A DNA stretch of 61,293 nucleotides, filler included, from Sandaracinaceae bacterium (GTDB lineage Bacteria; Myxococcota_A; Polyangia; Polyangiales; JADJQN01): assembly GCA_947483975.1 (NCBI GenBank). It is 8 parts of 8 records of this genome, joined end to end, with 100 filler letters (N's around TTAATTAATTAA, not from the genome) between each part and the next. Parts side by side here need not be neighbours in the genome. Positions count along the whole stretch, not along the records: positions 30,965 to 38,536 come from CANKOL010000264.1; positions 38,637 to 46,173 come from CANKOL010000265.1; 6 more parts are not named here. One strand, written 5' to 3'. The position numbers were made by a program, and so were the translations under genes. Of this stretch, positions 37,779 to 46,273 are shown piece after piece. Each line of letters starts with the position of its first letter. Within the stretch, counting starts at the first letter, position 1. Under the pieces are notes generated by a model. It worked only from the letters and a program-made list of their open reading frames with translations, did no database searches and was not told the origin of the DNA.

Positions 37779-38147
37779 ATGGCCGACGAAGACAACCGCC
37801 GCCTCGCCGAGCGTCACCCCGTCTACTTCGTCGCGGAGCTCCTGCCCGACGACGGGGACCGAGTGCAGGTCGCCGTCACGCACGACGCGAGCGAGACGGG
37901 CTTGCTGCTGCTGACGCGCGCGCACCTCGAGGTCGGGCAGAGCGTGACCGTCCGCGTGCTCTTGCCCGGCGATGCGCCTCGGCAGCCGCCGGTGACGGGT
38001 CGGGTCGTGCGCCGCGAGGAACTCTCTTCGAGCGAGGTCGACTTCTGGAGAGAGAAGGTCGCGCTGCAGTTCGACGCGCCCGCCGCGCAGCTGGCGCACG
38101 AGCTGCTCGCCGCCGCGGCGAAGGTCGGCGGCGCTCCGCAGGCGTAG
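37779..38147 (+). CDS. PilZ domain protein
   Basis: RRLAER, DASETG, GRVVR, ALQF. Confidence 0.8.
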   Translation: MADEDNRRLAERHPVYFVAELLPDDGDRVQVAVTHDASETGLLLLTRAHLEVGQSVTVRVLLPGDAPRQPPVTGRVVRREELSSSEVDFWREKVALQFDAPAAQLAHELLAAAAKVGGAPQA

Positions 38148-38170
38148 CGCGAGCGGCCCGCGCTGCGCGG

Positions 38171-38536
38171 TCAGAGCTCGAGCGGCTTGCGCTGCGCGGT
38201 CGCGTAGACGCCGAGCAGCACCAGCGCGTAGCCGAGGAACATCGTGCCGACGGGCACGTAGACGCCGAGCGCGAGGGCGCCGGCGAGCGTCAGGCCGACC
38301 AGCGTGACCATCGGCGCGTGCGTGTCGAGCAGGGACTCGCGCGGCTCTCCGCGCGCCTCGAGCTCGGCGATGAACGGACCGACGCGCGGGTCGTCGGCGC
38401 AGGGGCTCGCGGGGGAGGCCGCCCAGGTGTCGGCGAGCGGCACCTCGCAGCGCGGGCACTCGCCCTCGAAGGCGAAGGTGTCGTCGCAGCGCGCGCAGCC
38501 GTAGCGCAGGCGGTCGCGCGGGGCCGCGGCGCGCTC
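38171..38536 (-). CDS. Zinc-ribbon membrane protein, C-terminal fragment
   Basis: CARC...CPRC followed by two TM segments; 5' truncated. Confidence 0.55.
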   Translation of the reverse strand, partial: ERAAAPRDRLRYGCARCDDTFAFEGECPRCEVPLADTWAASPASPCADDPRVGPFIAELEARGEPRESLLDTHAPMVTLVGLTLAGALALGVYVPVGTMFLGYALVLLGVYATAQRKPLEL

Positions 38537-38636
38537 NNNNNNNNNNNNNNNNNNNNNNNNNNNNNNNNNNNNNNNNNNNNTTAATTAATTAANNNNNNNN
38601 NNNNNNNNNNNNNNNNNNNNNNNNNNNNNNNNNNNN
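38537..38636. other. Artificial contig linker
   Basis: N-run/TTAATTAATTAA/N-run. Confidence 0.99.
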
Positions 38637-38700
38637 AGGCGGCTCAGGCGGCGGCGGCGCAGGTGGCGGCGGCGACGCCGCGTGAAACGGTGCGGCGCGC

Positions 38701-39324
38701 TCAGGCGCCGCAGTAGACCGTGATCACGCGAGGAGCGCTCGTGCGGGGGAGCACGTAGCGCACCCCGCAGAGGACACGCGTGCCGTCCTTCGGGACGGGC
38801 GGCGCCTCGGTGGCGGTCAGGACGAGCGCTCGGCTCGCGAGGTCGAGCCCGAGCGGCAGCCACACCTCTGGTGCGAAAGTCGCCCGCGCCATCGCGACGT
38901 CGAAAGGCGCGCCGGCGACCGCGGGCGCGCGTGGATCGAGCTTGCCCTCGCGCACGACGACGCGCCCGGCGAGCCCAGCGAGCGTCCCCACGGCCGTGCG
39001 GAGAAACGCGACGCGCTTCTGGAGCGGCTCGAGCAGCACCAGCGAGATGTCGGGGCGCAACAGCGCGAGCGGCAACGCGGGAGCCCCCGCGCCAGAGCCC
39101 ACATCGAGCACGCGCGCACCGCGCGGCACGAGCGCCTCGTCCGCGAGCATCAGGGCGTCTGCGAAGAGCACCTCGCAGAGCTGCTCAGCGGAGCGCGCCG
39201 CCGTCAGGTCGATGCGCGCGTTCCACTGCGCGACGAGCGCGCTGAACGCCTCGAGCTGTTTGGCAGCCTCGGGGTCGAGCGTCGCCTGGAGCGAAACGGC
39301 GAGCCTCTCGAGCTCCGGGCTCAA
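38701..39324 (-). CDS. rsmG: 16S rRNA (guanine-N7)-methyltransferase RsmG/GidB
   Basis: WNARIDLTA, DVGSGAGAP, EPLQKRVAFL, MARA. TTG start overlaps the upstream stop. Confidence 0.85.
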   Translation of the reverse strand: MSPELERLAVSLQATLDPEAAKQLEAFSALVAQWNARIDLTAARSAEQLCEVLFADALMLADEALVPRGARVLDVGSGAGAPALPLALLRPDISLVLLEPLQKRVAFLRTAVGTLAGLAGRVVVREGKLDPRAPAVAGAPFDVAMARATFAPEVWLPLGLDLASRALVLTATEAPPVPKDGTRVLCGVRYVLPRTSAPRVITVYCGA

Positions 39325-40019
39325 TGGAGCCTCCCGTCGCGACGGCGCTTCTCCGCCTCTCTCGAGGCCTCGGCGATCGCCTCCTTGATCAGGCGGTCCG
39401 CCTCGGCGTCGTCGATCACCGGCGACTGACGCCGCCCCTGAATGGAGCGCGGCGGCTTGGACGCCCGCGGCGGATTCGGCGCCGGCACGCGGACGGCGGC
39501 GGGCGTCGAGCGACGCGGGCGGCCCCGCTTGAACCGCCCCTTGGCGAGCATCCCGACCAGCGGCCACGCCTCCGCGCCGTCGAGCGGTGGGATCGGCAGC
39601 AGGTTGAGCGCGATGATGAACGCGTTCGTCCAGACGAAGGTGTCGAGCAGCTGCGCCAAGAGCGCCGAGCGCACCGGCGGCAGCGCCGCGAGCGTGATCA
39701 CCGTCAGCAGCAGCAAGATCGCCTGCGCGAGCACGCCTCCCCAGGCGATGATCGCGCGCCACTTCGGCGAGGGCACGCCGTACCACCGGCAGAGCCCGCC
39801 GAAGCCGAGTACGTCGATCGACACCACCTGCATCCGCGCCGCGCGGACGAGCACGGCGTGCCCTAGCTCGTGCAAGAGCACGATCAGGAAGAAGCCGAGC
39901 CACGCCCCGGGGAGAAACGCGAAACGGGTGAATATCAGCGCGCCGAGCGGCGTGGACCAGTGCACGCGCACCTGCGCCCCGCGAAAGCGCGCGATCGTGA
40001 GGTAACCGCGGTCGAACAC
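39321..40019 (-). CDS. Site-2 protease (peptidase M50 family)
   Basis: HELGH zinc motif, NLLPIPPLDG, multiple TMs; GTG start at 40019. Confidence 0.9.
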   Translation of the reverse strand: MFDRGYLTIARFRGAQVRVHWSTPLGALIFTRFAFLPGAWLGFFLIVLLHELGHAVLVRAARMQVVSIDVLGFGGLCRWYGVPSPKWRAIIAWGGVLAQAILLLLTVITLAALPPVRSALLAQLLDTFVWTNAFIIALNLLPIPPLDGAEAWPLVGMLAKGRFKRGRPRRSTPAAVRVPAPNPPRASKPPRSIQGRRQSPVIDDAEADRLIKEAIAEASREAEKRRRDGRLH

Positions 40020-40091
40020 CCCGGCAGTATGCGCGGGAATAGCCGCCGCGCCGCAGCGGTTCGCGCCGAGCATGGGCGGACACACACCCCC

Positions 40092-40119
40092 TTGCCGTGC
40101 CGCACGACGGCTGTATGCT
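40092..40119 (+). promoter_or_regulatory. Putative sigma70 promoter for the leader ORF/dsbA unit
   Basis: TTGCCG-N16-TATGCT. Confidence 0.4.
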
Positions 40120-40137
40120 CCCGCCCACCACCGCCCG

Positions 40138-40566
40138 ATGACCCGCCCAGCCCTCGCCACGCTCGCCCTCGTCGGGCTCTCGCTCGCGCTGCCGCACACC
40201 GCGGCAGCCGAAGAGGCGATGTGCGGCCTGCGCTCGACGGTCGTTGTTCTCGAGGCCTCTGAGCTCGAGGCGGCGCTGACGCCGGAGGTCTTCGGGGCGT
40301 TCTCGGCGGCGGAGGTCGCGCCGCCGGCGACGCCGAGCGACCCCGGCGAGATCCTCTGGTGCGCCTCGTCGAACGACCCGCGCTGCGCGCCCGCGCACAC
40401 CGGCACCGGCGGCACGGTGGAGCTGCGCGGCGGCGGAGCCGTCTTCGTGCTCCCGTCAGCCTATCCGCCGATCGCCGACTCGCCCGCCTCGACGTTACGG
40501 GACGCGAGCCAACGCGCGCGCTCCCGCAGCGGCGTACGACGCTCTCTCGACCGCCCGCCCCGCTGA
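40138..40566 (+). CDS. Small exported Cys-containing protein ending in RPPR (candidate regulatory leader/arrest peptide)
   Basis: Sec signal MTRPALATLALVGLSLALPHTAAA; three Cys (MCG, WCASSNDPRC); Pro-rich linker; C-terminus GVRRSLDRPPR*. Confidence 0.7.
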   Translation: MTRPALATLALVGLSLALPHTAAAEEAMCGLRSTVVVLEASELEAALTPEVFGAFSAAEVAPPATPSDPGEILWCASSNDPRCAPAHTGTGGTVELRGGGAVFVLPSAYPPIADSPASTLRDASQRARSRSGVRRSLDRPPR

Positions 40567-40571
40567 GCCCT

Positions 40572-40593
40572 CGCGGACCCTGCGTCCTTTTTT
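40572..40593 (+). terminator. Weak hairpin plus U6 tract directly after the leader ORF (possible attenuator)
   Basis: GGAC-CCTGC-GTCC-TTTTTT starting about 9 nt after the stop codon. Confidence 0.4.
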
Positions 40594-40829
40594 GCGCGCG
40601 CCCCGCGGCTCGCGTAGACGACGCGTCCGCTCCCGCTCGCTGGCTCCCCAGACTCCGCGCGTGGCCTCCAGGCCGTGCGCAGAACCGCGGTCCTCGTTCG
40701 GCGCGCCGGCCCCCAGTAGGTCGGCTCTCCGGACCCGGAGCGCGGATCGCTCAGGCTCGATCTCTCCATTTCTTCATTGGTTTTCGCAGCGACGACCGCA
40801 CGAGCGGCGCCGCGTCTCAAGGAGTGTCC

Positions 40830-42905
40830 ATGTCCAAAGGTTCAGCAATAACGGCCATCCTGATCGCCTTCATCGGCGGTCTGGCGATCGGCAGTCTCAT
40901 CTCGGGTGGAAAGGGGTCCGACGAGGACACCATCGCCGCTGAAGGCGCTGAAGGCGCCGCTGGCGCCGAAGCAGCCGACGCGCCCGGCGCCGGCGGTCCC
41001 GCCGAGCAGGGCGGCCCGGAGCGCTTCCGCGTGCCGGTCACCGCCGACCAGCCCAGCAAGGGCCCGGCCGACGCGCTCGTGACGATCGTCGAGTTCAGCG
41101 ACTTCGAGTGCCCCTTCTGCTCGCGCGTCGAGCCGACGCTCGCGCAGATCATGAACGACTACCGCGGCAAGGTCCGCATCGTGTGGCGCAACGCGCCGCT
41201 CCCGTTCCACCAGAGCGCGACCCCCGCCGCGATGGCCGCCGTCGAGGCGTTCCAGCAGGGTGGCAGCGACAAGTTCTGGCGCATCCACGACCTGATGTAC
41301 GCCAACCAGCGCGCGCTCGCGCGCACCGACCTCGAGAACTACGCCCAGCAGGCGGGCCTCGACATGGCGAAGTTCCGCGCCGCGCTCGACGGCAACACGC
41401 ACCGCGCGAACATCGACGCGGACCTCGCCCTCGCGGCGCAGGTCGGCGCGAACGGCACGCCGAACTTCTTCATCAACGGCCGCCAGCTCACGGGCGCGCA
41501 GCCGATCGACGCGTTCAAGACCGTGATCGACGACGAGCTCCGTCGCGCCGAGGCGCTCGTCGCCACGGGCGTCGCTCGCAACCGCGTCTACGCGCAGCTC
41601 ACCCGCAACGGCCGCACCTCGCCCGCCCCCGCGCCCGGCGCTGCCCCCGGCGCCGCCCCCGGCGCGCCCCAGCCCGCTCGTCAGGCGCCGGACCCGGCGG
41701 CCGTCTACCGCGTGCCGGTCGGCGCCTCGCCCGTCAAGGGCCCGGCGGACGCGCTCGTCACCGTCGTCATCGTCTCGGACTTCCAGTGTCCCTTCTGCAG
41801 CCGCGTCGAGCCGACCCTGACGCAGCTCGCGACCGACTACGGCCGTGACATCCGCTTCGTCTGGAAGAACAACCCGCTGCCCTTCCACAACAACGCGATG
41901 AACGCCGCGAACCTCGCGATGTTCGCCAACCAGACCGGCAAGTTCTGGCAGGCGCACGACCTGCTCTTCGCCAACCAGCAGGCGCTCGAGATCGACAAGC
42001 TCGTCGAGTACGCGACGCAGCTCGGCCTCAACGGCCCCGCCGCCCGCGCCGCGATGACCAACAACCAGTTCCAGGCGTCGATCCAGGCGGACATGGACCT
42101 CGCGCGCTCGCTCGGCGCGTCGGGCACGCCGTCCTTCTTCATCAACGGCCGCAACCTCCGCGGCGCGCAGCCGCTCGAGGCCTTCAAGGCGCTCGTCGAC
42201 GAAGAGCTCGCGAAGGCGCGCGCGAAGGTCGCCGCCGGCACCCCCCGCGCGGGCGTCTACGAGGCGACCACCCGCAACGGCGCGACCAGCGCGCAGACGA
42301 TCGCCGCCCCCGGCGCGCCCCCCGGCGCACCGCCCGCCGCCGCGCCGCCCGATGCGGACCGCGTCTACAACATCCCGGTCCTCGCGACCGCGCCGAAGAA
42401 GGGCGGCCGCGCCGCCCGCGTCGTCATCCAGCAGTTCTCCGACTTCCAGTGCCCCTTCTGCTCGCGCGTCGAGCCGACGGTCGACCAGGTCATGCGCGAG
42501 TACGGCGACCGCGTTCAGTTCGTGTGGCGCAACTTCCCGCTGCCGTTCCACAACAACGCGATGCCCGCGGCCGAGGCTGCGGCCGAGGTCATGGCGCAGG
42601 GCGGCGACGCCAAGTTCTGGGCGTTCCACAACCTGCTCTTCACGAACCAGCAGACGATCGCGCGCGCGGACCTCGAGCGCTTCGCGGCCCAGGTCGGCGG
42701 CATCAACATGGCGCGCTTCACGGCGGCGCTCGACAACCACACGCACAAGGCGGCCATCGAGGCGGACATCGCCGCGGTGACGGCGGCGGGCGCGCAGATC
42801 GGCACCCCGTCCTTCTTCATCAACGGCCGCCTCCTTCAGGGCGCGCAGCCGTACGAGCAGTTCAAGGCCGCGATCGACCGCGCCCTCGCCGCTCCCGCTC
42901 ACTGA
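40830..42905 (+). CDS. Membrane-anchored DsbA-family protein with three thioredoxin domains
   Basis: AAGGAG RBS; N-terminal TM; three copies of SDF(E/Q)CPFCSRVEPT...PLPFH...GTP(N/S)FFINGR...GAQP. Confidence 0.92.
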   Translation: MSKGSAITAILIAFIGGLAIGSLISGGKGSDEDTIAAEGAEGAAGAEAADAPGAGGPAEQGGPERFRVPVTADQPSKGPADALVTIVEFSDFECPFCSRVEPTLAQIMNDYRGKVRIVWRNAPLPFHQSATPAAMAAVEAFQQGGSDKFWRIHDLMYANQRALARTDLENYAQQAGLDMAKFRAALDGNTHRANIDADLALAAQVGANGTPNFFINGRQLTGAQPIDAFKTVIDDELRRAEALVATGVARNRVYAQLTRNGRTSPAPAPGAAPGAAPGAPQPARQAPDPAAVYRVPVGASPVKGPADALVTVVIVSDFQCPFCSRVEPTLTQLATDYGRDIRFVWKNNPLPFHNNAMNAANLAMFANQTGKFWQAHDLLFANQQALEIDKLVEYATQLGLNGPAARAAMTNNQFQASIQADMDLARSLGASGTPSFFINGRNLRGAQPLEAFKALVDEELAKARAKVAAGTPRAGVYEATTRNGATSAQTIAAPGAPPGAPPAAAPPDADRVYNIPVLATAPKKGGRAARVVIQQFSDFQCPFCSRVEPTVDQVMREYGDRVQFVWRNFPLPFHNNAMPAAEAAAEVMAQGGDAKFWAFHNLLFTNQQTIARADLERFAAQVGGINMARFTAALDNHTHKAAIEADIAAVTAAGAQIGTPSFFINGRLLQGAQPYEQFKAAIDRALAAPAH

Positions 42906-42942
42906 TCCTCGTTTAGTTCCAAGTCCTTAGGGACGAGTCCAG

Positions 42943-42983
42943 CGAAGCCGTATCCCCGCGAGGGGGTACGGCTTCGTCCTTTT
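42943..42983 (+). terminator. Intrinsic terminator after the dsbA-like gene
   Basis: 15-bp stem CGAAGCCGTATCCCC-GCGA-GGGGGTACGGCTTCG followed by TCCTTTT. Confidence 0.85.
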
Positions 42984-43032
42984 GGGGCGGCGCACGAGGT
43001 GTGACGTGAGCGCACAGCGTAGGTGCGCGGGG

Positions 43033-43062
43033 TTGACACAGGAATCACAGATGATCTAGGCT
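43033..43062 (+). promoter_or_regulatory. Putative sigma70 promoter
   Basis: TTGACA-N18-TAGGCT, about 130 nt upstream of ATG 43191. Confidence 0.55.
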
Positions 43063-43190
43063 GGAACCCGGCGTGGTTTCCAGGGCATAGCCCCCTCCAC
43101 CACGTCCGCTGGCACTGTCATCGCAGAAGAAGTTCGAAGCCCGGGCCAGACTTTCCGGCGCCCAGAGGCTTCCCGTCCGAGGATTTTCTT

Positions 43191-44084
43191 ATGGCGAAGA
43201 ACAGGGCGGCTGAGCGGCTGCCGACGGTCGAAGAGCTTCACTTCCGTAGTGACAGCGCTTTTCTGTGCCTGCTGCTGAACCGACGCACCAAGCTGATCCG
43301 GGTGATCGACTTCCGCGCGGGCGCCCTGCCCGCCAAGCGGCTCTTCATCCAGTCGATCGCGCAGCGCGAGGGCGTCGAGAAGGTGATCGCGCTCGTCGAA
43401 AAAGACGAGGTCGCGTCGTGGACCCGCGTCGGCTTCGTGCGCGAGGGGACCATCCCCGGCTTCTACAAGCGCTCCGACGGGCACCTCTGTGGCTGTGTCA
43501 TCGGTGATCGCACCGCGTCCATCGAGGTGACGGACGAGGCGCTGAAGAACGCCGAGAAGACGATCGTCGCCGCCAAGAAGAACGCCAAGGACCTCGACGA
43601 GGAGATCCGCGGCATCACGCTGCGAGGGGTCGAGGCGCAGGTAGCGCTCGCCGCGCGGGACGAAGCCTGGGCGAAGGGCGAGGGCCTCGGAGGCTTCGAC
43701 CCCTTTGGCCGCGGCGTGCTGCGGCTGTTTCTCGAGTGCTCGACGAAGAAGAGCCGCGCCAACTACATCTCCGCGGAGTTCCAAGACTGCTTCGGGCACG
43801 CGCTGATCGAGGTGCTGCGCTCGCCGCGAGACGAGGGCGAGCGCCTCGCGACCGCGGCGGGGCTGCGCGCCTTCGCAGAGGAGCTGAAGCGCCGGCAGAT
43901 CGTCTCGGCGTTCGGCTTCGGGCCAGCGGACGACCAAGAGCTCTCGACCGCGTACCTCGCGGCGGGCTTTCGCAAGACGGGGCTGCTCGCGCGCGGCATT
44001 CAGGTCGGGAACACCCGACGCGACGCGATCCTCTGGTCGAGGAAGCTCCTGAATCCTGCGGGCGAGCCGGGGCTCGACGACTGA
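43191..44084 (+). CDS. GNAT-fold protein resembling beta-lysine N-acetyltransferase (AblB/YodP)
   Basis: GAGG RBS; EKVIALV...GFVREGTIPGFY and C-terminal AGFRKTGLL...DAILWSRKL. Family call from recalled motifs only. Confidence 0.6.
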   Translation: MAKNRAAERLPTVEELHFRSDSAFLCLLLNRRTKLIRVIDFRAGALPAKRLFIQSIAQREGVEKVIALVEKDEVASWTRVGFVREGTIPGFYKRSDGHLCGCVIGDRTASIEVTDEALKNAEKTIVAAKKNAKDLDEEIRGITLRGVEAQVALAARDEAWAKGEGLGGFDPFGRGVLRLFLECSTKKSRANYISAEFQDCFGHALIEVLRSPRDEGERLATAAGLRAFAEELKRRQIVSAFGFGPADDQELSTAYLAAGFRKTGLLARGIQVGNTRRDAILWSRKLLNPAGEPGLDD

Positions 44085-44142
44085 CGCCGGCATCGCGGCG
44101 GCCCTTGCGCCGGCGCAGTTCCCGCCGATACTCTGCCCCTGC

Positions 44143-44556
44143 ATGCGCACGCGCGAAGACATCGAAGCCTATCTCCTGCGGACGGGGCAGCCCTACGAGG
44201 AGATCGCGCCAGAGACCTGGCTGGTCCGCGACACCGGCGGGCGCGCCGGGCCGATCATCGTCCGCTTCGACGGCGACATCGTGCTCTTTCGGCTGAAGGT
44301 GCTCGCGCTCGACGAGCACGTGCACCGCGAGGCGCTGTTTCAGCGCCTGCTCGAGCTGAACGCGACGGATATGGTGCACGGCGCCTACGGCATCGCGGAC
44401 GGCGCGGTCGTGCTGACGTGCTCTTTGCGCGCGGAGAACCTCGACTACAGCGAGTTCGCCGGGACGCTCGACGACTTCACGCTCGCGCTCAGCAAGCACT
44501 ACGAATCGCTCGGCGGACTGCGCCGCTCCGAGCCGCCGCCGCCCGCGGGCGCCTGA
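44143..44556 (+). CDS. CesT/YbjN-like (type III chaperone-fold) protein
   Basis: Acidic 137-aa protein with LFQRLLELNATDMVHGAYGI and LRAENLDYSEF. Confidence 0.75.
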   Translation: MRTREDIEAYLLRTGQPYEEIAPETWLVRDTGGRAGPIIVRFDGDIVLFRLKVLALDEHVHREALFQRLLELNATDMVHGAYGIADGAVVLTCSLRAENLDYSEFAGTLDDFTLALSKHYESLGGLRRSEPPPPAGA

Positions 44557-44586
44557 ACCCAGAAGCTCAACGGAGACTAGAGGACC

Positions 44587-45384
44587 ATGGGCTTCTTCGG
44601 GCGACTCGCGCAGCTCATCAAGAGCAACTTGAACGATCTCATCAGCCGCTCCGAGGACCCGGAGAAGATGCTGGTGCAGGTCATCCTCGAGATGAACACC
44701 CAGCTCGTCGAGGCGAAGAAGCAGGTCGCCGTCGCGATCGCCGACGAGAAGCGGCTGCAAAAGCAGTATCAGAACGAAGCCTCCATCGCCGCCGAGTGGG
44801 AGAAGAAGGCGATGCTCGCGGTGCGCGCGGGCGACGACGCGCTCGCCAAGGAGGCGCTGCTCCGGAAGAAGGAGCACGACAGCCTCGCCGCGACCTTCAA
44901 GGATCAGTGGGAGAAGCAGCTCGCCGCGGTCAACGCGCTGAAGACTGCGCTCCGCGCGCTGAACAACAAGATCGAGGAAGCGAAGCGCAAGAAGAACGTC
45001 CTCCTCGCGCGGAAGCGCCGCGCGGAGGCGATGAAGCAGATTCAGAACACGATGAGTGGGCTGAACGATCAGAGCGCCTTCGAGACGTTCGATCGGATGG
45101 CGCAGAAGATCGATCAGATCGAGGCCGAGGCCGAGGCCGGCGCCGAGCTCAGCGAGGAGTACTCGGGCGATGTGCTGAAGCACAAGTTCAGCCAGCTCGA
45201 GGCGACGAGCGGCGCGGACGCGGACCTCGAGGAGCTGAAGCGCAAGATGGGCGTCGTGCCAGCCAAGCCGGCGGTCGCGACGCGCGTCGAGGCAGTGGCC
45301 GAGGAAGCCGAGCCGACCGCCGAGGAGATGGCGGAGCTCGACGCGGCGCTCGACGCCTTGAAACAGCGCGAAGCCAAGGGCTGA
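44587..45384 (+). CDS. pspA: PspA/IM30 family protein
   Basis: MGFFGRLAQLIKSNLNDLISRSEDPEKML, AVRAGDDALAKEAL, FDRMAQKI, LEELKRKM. Confidence 0.93.
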   Translation: MGFFGRLAQLIKSNLNDLISRSEDPEKMLVQVILEMNTQLVEAKKQVAVAIADEKRLQKQYQNEASIAAEWEKKAMLAVRAGDDALAKEALLRKKEHDSLAATFKDQWEKQLAAVNALKTALRALNNKIEEAKRKKNVLLARKRRAEAMKQIQNTMSGLNDQSAFETFDRMAQKIDQIEAEAEAGAELSEEYSGDVLKHKFSQLEATSGADADLEELKRKMGVVPAKPAVATRVEAVAEEAEPTAEEMAELDAALDALKQREAKG

Positions 45385-45452
45385 GCCGTCAGCCCGACAC
45401 AGCCAAGGGCTGAGCCGTCAGCCGAACGTAGCCAGGGGCTGAGCGATCAGCG
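45372..45452. repeat. Three 23-bp palindromic direct repeats with a 29-bp period
   Basis: AGCCAAGGGCTGAGCCGTCAGCC at 45372 and 45401; variant AGCCAGGGGCTGAGCGATCAGCG at 45430; 6-nt spacers CGACAC and GAACGT. Confidence 0.9.
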
Positions 45453-45472
45453 CCACGAAGTAAAGGGATCAG

Positions 45473-45826
45473 ATGCCGACGTACGAGTACGTGTGTGAGG
45501 CGTGCAAACACGCGTGGGAGCTCGAGCAGCGGATGGTGGACGACGCCATCAAGAAGTGCCCGAAGTGCAAGAAATTGAAGGCCAAGCGGATGATCTCCGG
45601 CGGCGCGAACTTCATCTTGAAGGGCGGCGGCTGGTACTCGGATCTCTACAGCTCGACGCCGAAGTCGAAGGTGAAGAGCGACAGCGGCTCCTCGAGCGGT
45701 AGCTCGAGCAGCAGCTCGAGCAGCAGCTCCTCGACGACGACGCCCAAGAGCACGCCCGCGCCGGCGAGCGCACCCTCGACGCCCGCGCCGAGCAGCACGC
45801 CGAGCACGAAGTCGAAGGCGGAGTAG
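45473..45826 (+). CDS. FmdB-family zinc-ribbon regulatory protein
   Basis: MPTYEYVCEAC...CPKC...FILKGGGWYSDLY with a Ser/Thr-rich tail. Confidence 0.9.
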   Translation: MPTYEYVCEACKHAWELEQRMVDDAIKKCPKCKKLKAKRMISGGANFILKGGGWYSDLYSSTPKSKVKSDSGSSSGSSSSSSSSSSSTTTPKSTPAPASAPSTPAPSSTPSTKSKAE

Positions 45827-45890
45827 CGCCGCGCGGCCCGGCGCGGGAGGTGCGTGGCTCGGCGTCGGCCGGGCGACGCGCGCCGCGGCC

Positions 45891-46172
45891 TCACGCGGGC
45901 TGAACGTAGCTCGCGACCAGTTGCTTCACGCCCCAGCCGGGGAAGGCGACGGTGAGCTTCGGTGGCAGCCCGCCATGGACGCTCTGCACCTTGCCGACGC
46001 CGTACTTGGCGTGCGTCACGGCCATGCCGATGTAGAAGCCGCCGTCCTCGCCGGCGACGTCGCCCTCGGTGCGGTCGACGTACGAGCCGCCCCGCGCGGC
46101 GGTGCTTGGCGGGGGGGGACGCTCGCCGCCGTAGGAGCTCGCGCGGAAGCCGTCGCCGCTCGCGAGGCTCGG
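45891..46172 (-). CDS. UvrD/PcrA helicase C-terminal Tudor-like domain (5' truncated)
   Basis: Manual translation ...FYIGMAVTHAKYGVGKV...KLTVAFPGWGVKQLVASYVQPA*. Confidence 0.75.
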   Translation of the reverse strand, partial: PSLASGDGFRASSYGGERPPPPSTAARGGSYVDRTEGDVAGEDGGFYIGMAVTHAKYGVGKVQSVHGGLPPKLTVAFPGWGVKQLVASYVQPA

Positions 46173-46173
46173 G

Positions 46174-46273
46174 NNNNNNNNNNNNNNNNNNNNNNNNNNN
46201 NNNNNNNNNNNNNNNNNTTAATTAATTAANNNNNNNNNNNNNNNNNNNNNNNNNNNNNNNNNNNNNNNNNNNN
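46174..46273. other. Artificial contig linker
   Basis: N-run/TTAATTAATTAA/N-run. Confidence 0.99.

Noticed and set aside
38701..40398. Apparent 565-aa RsmG with a long N-terminus
   Set aside because: The extension overlaps the M50 protease in another frame; RsmG similarity begins near 39324.
43061..43190. Structured leader or ncRNA before the GNAT gene (hairpin CTGGAA...TTCCAG)
   Set aside because: A single hairpin with no recognisable family motif is not enough evidence.
45372..45452. Mini CRISPR array
   Set aside because: Spacers are only 6 nt and no cas genes are present; kept as a repeat instead.
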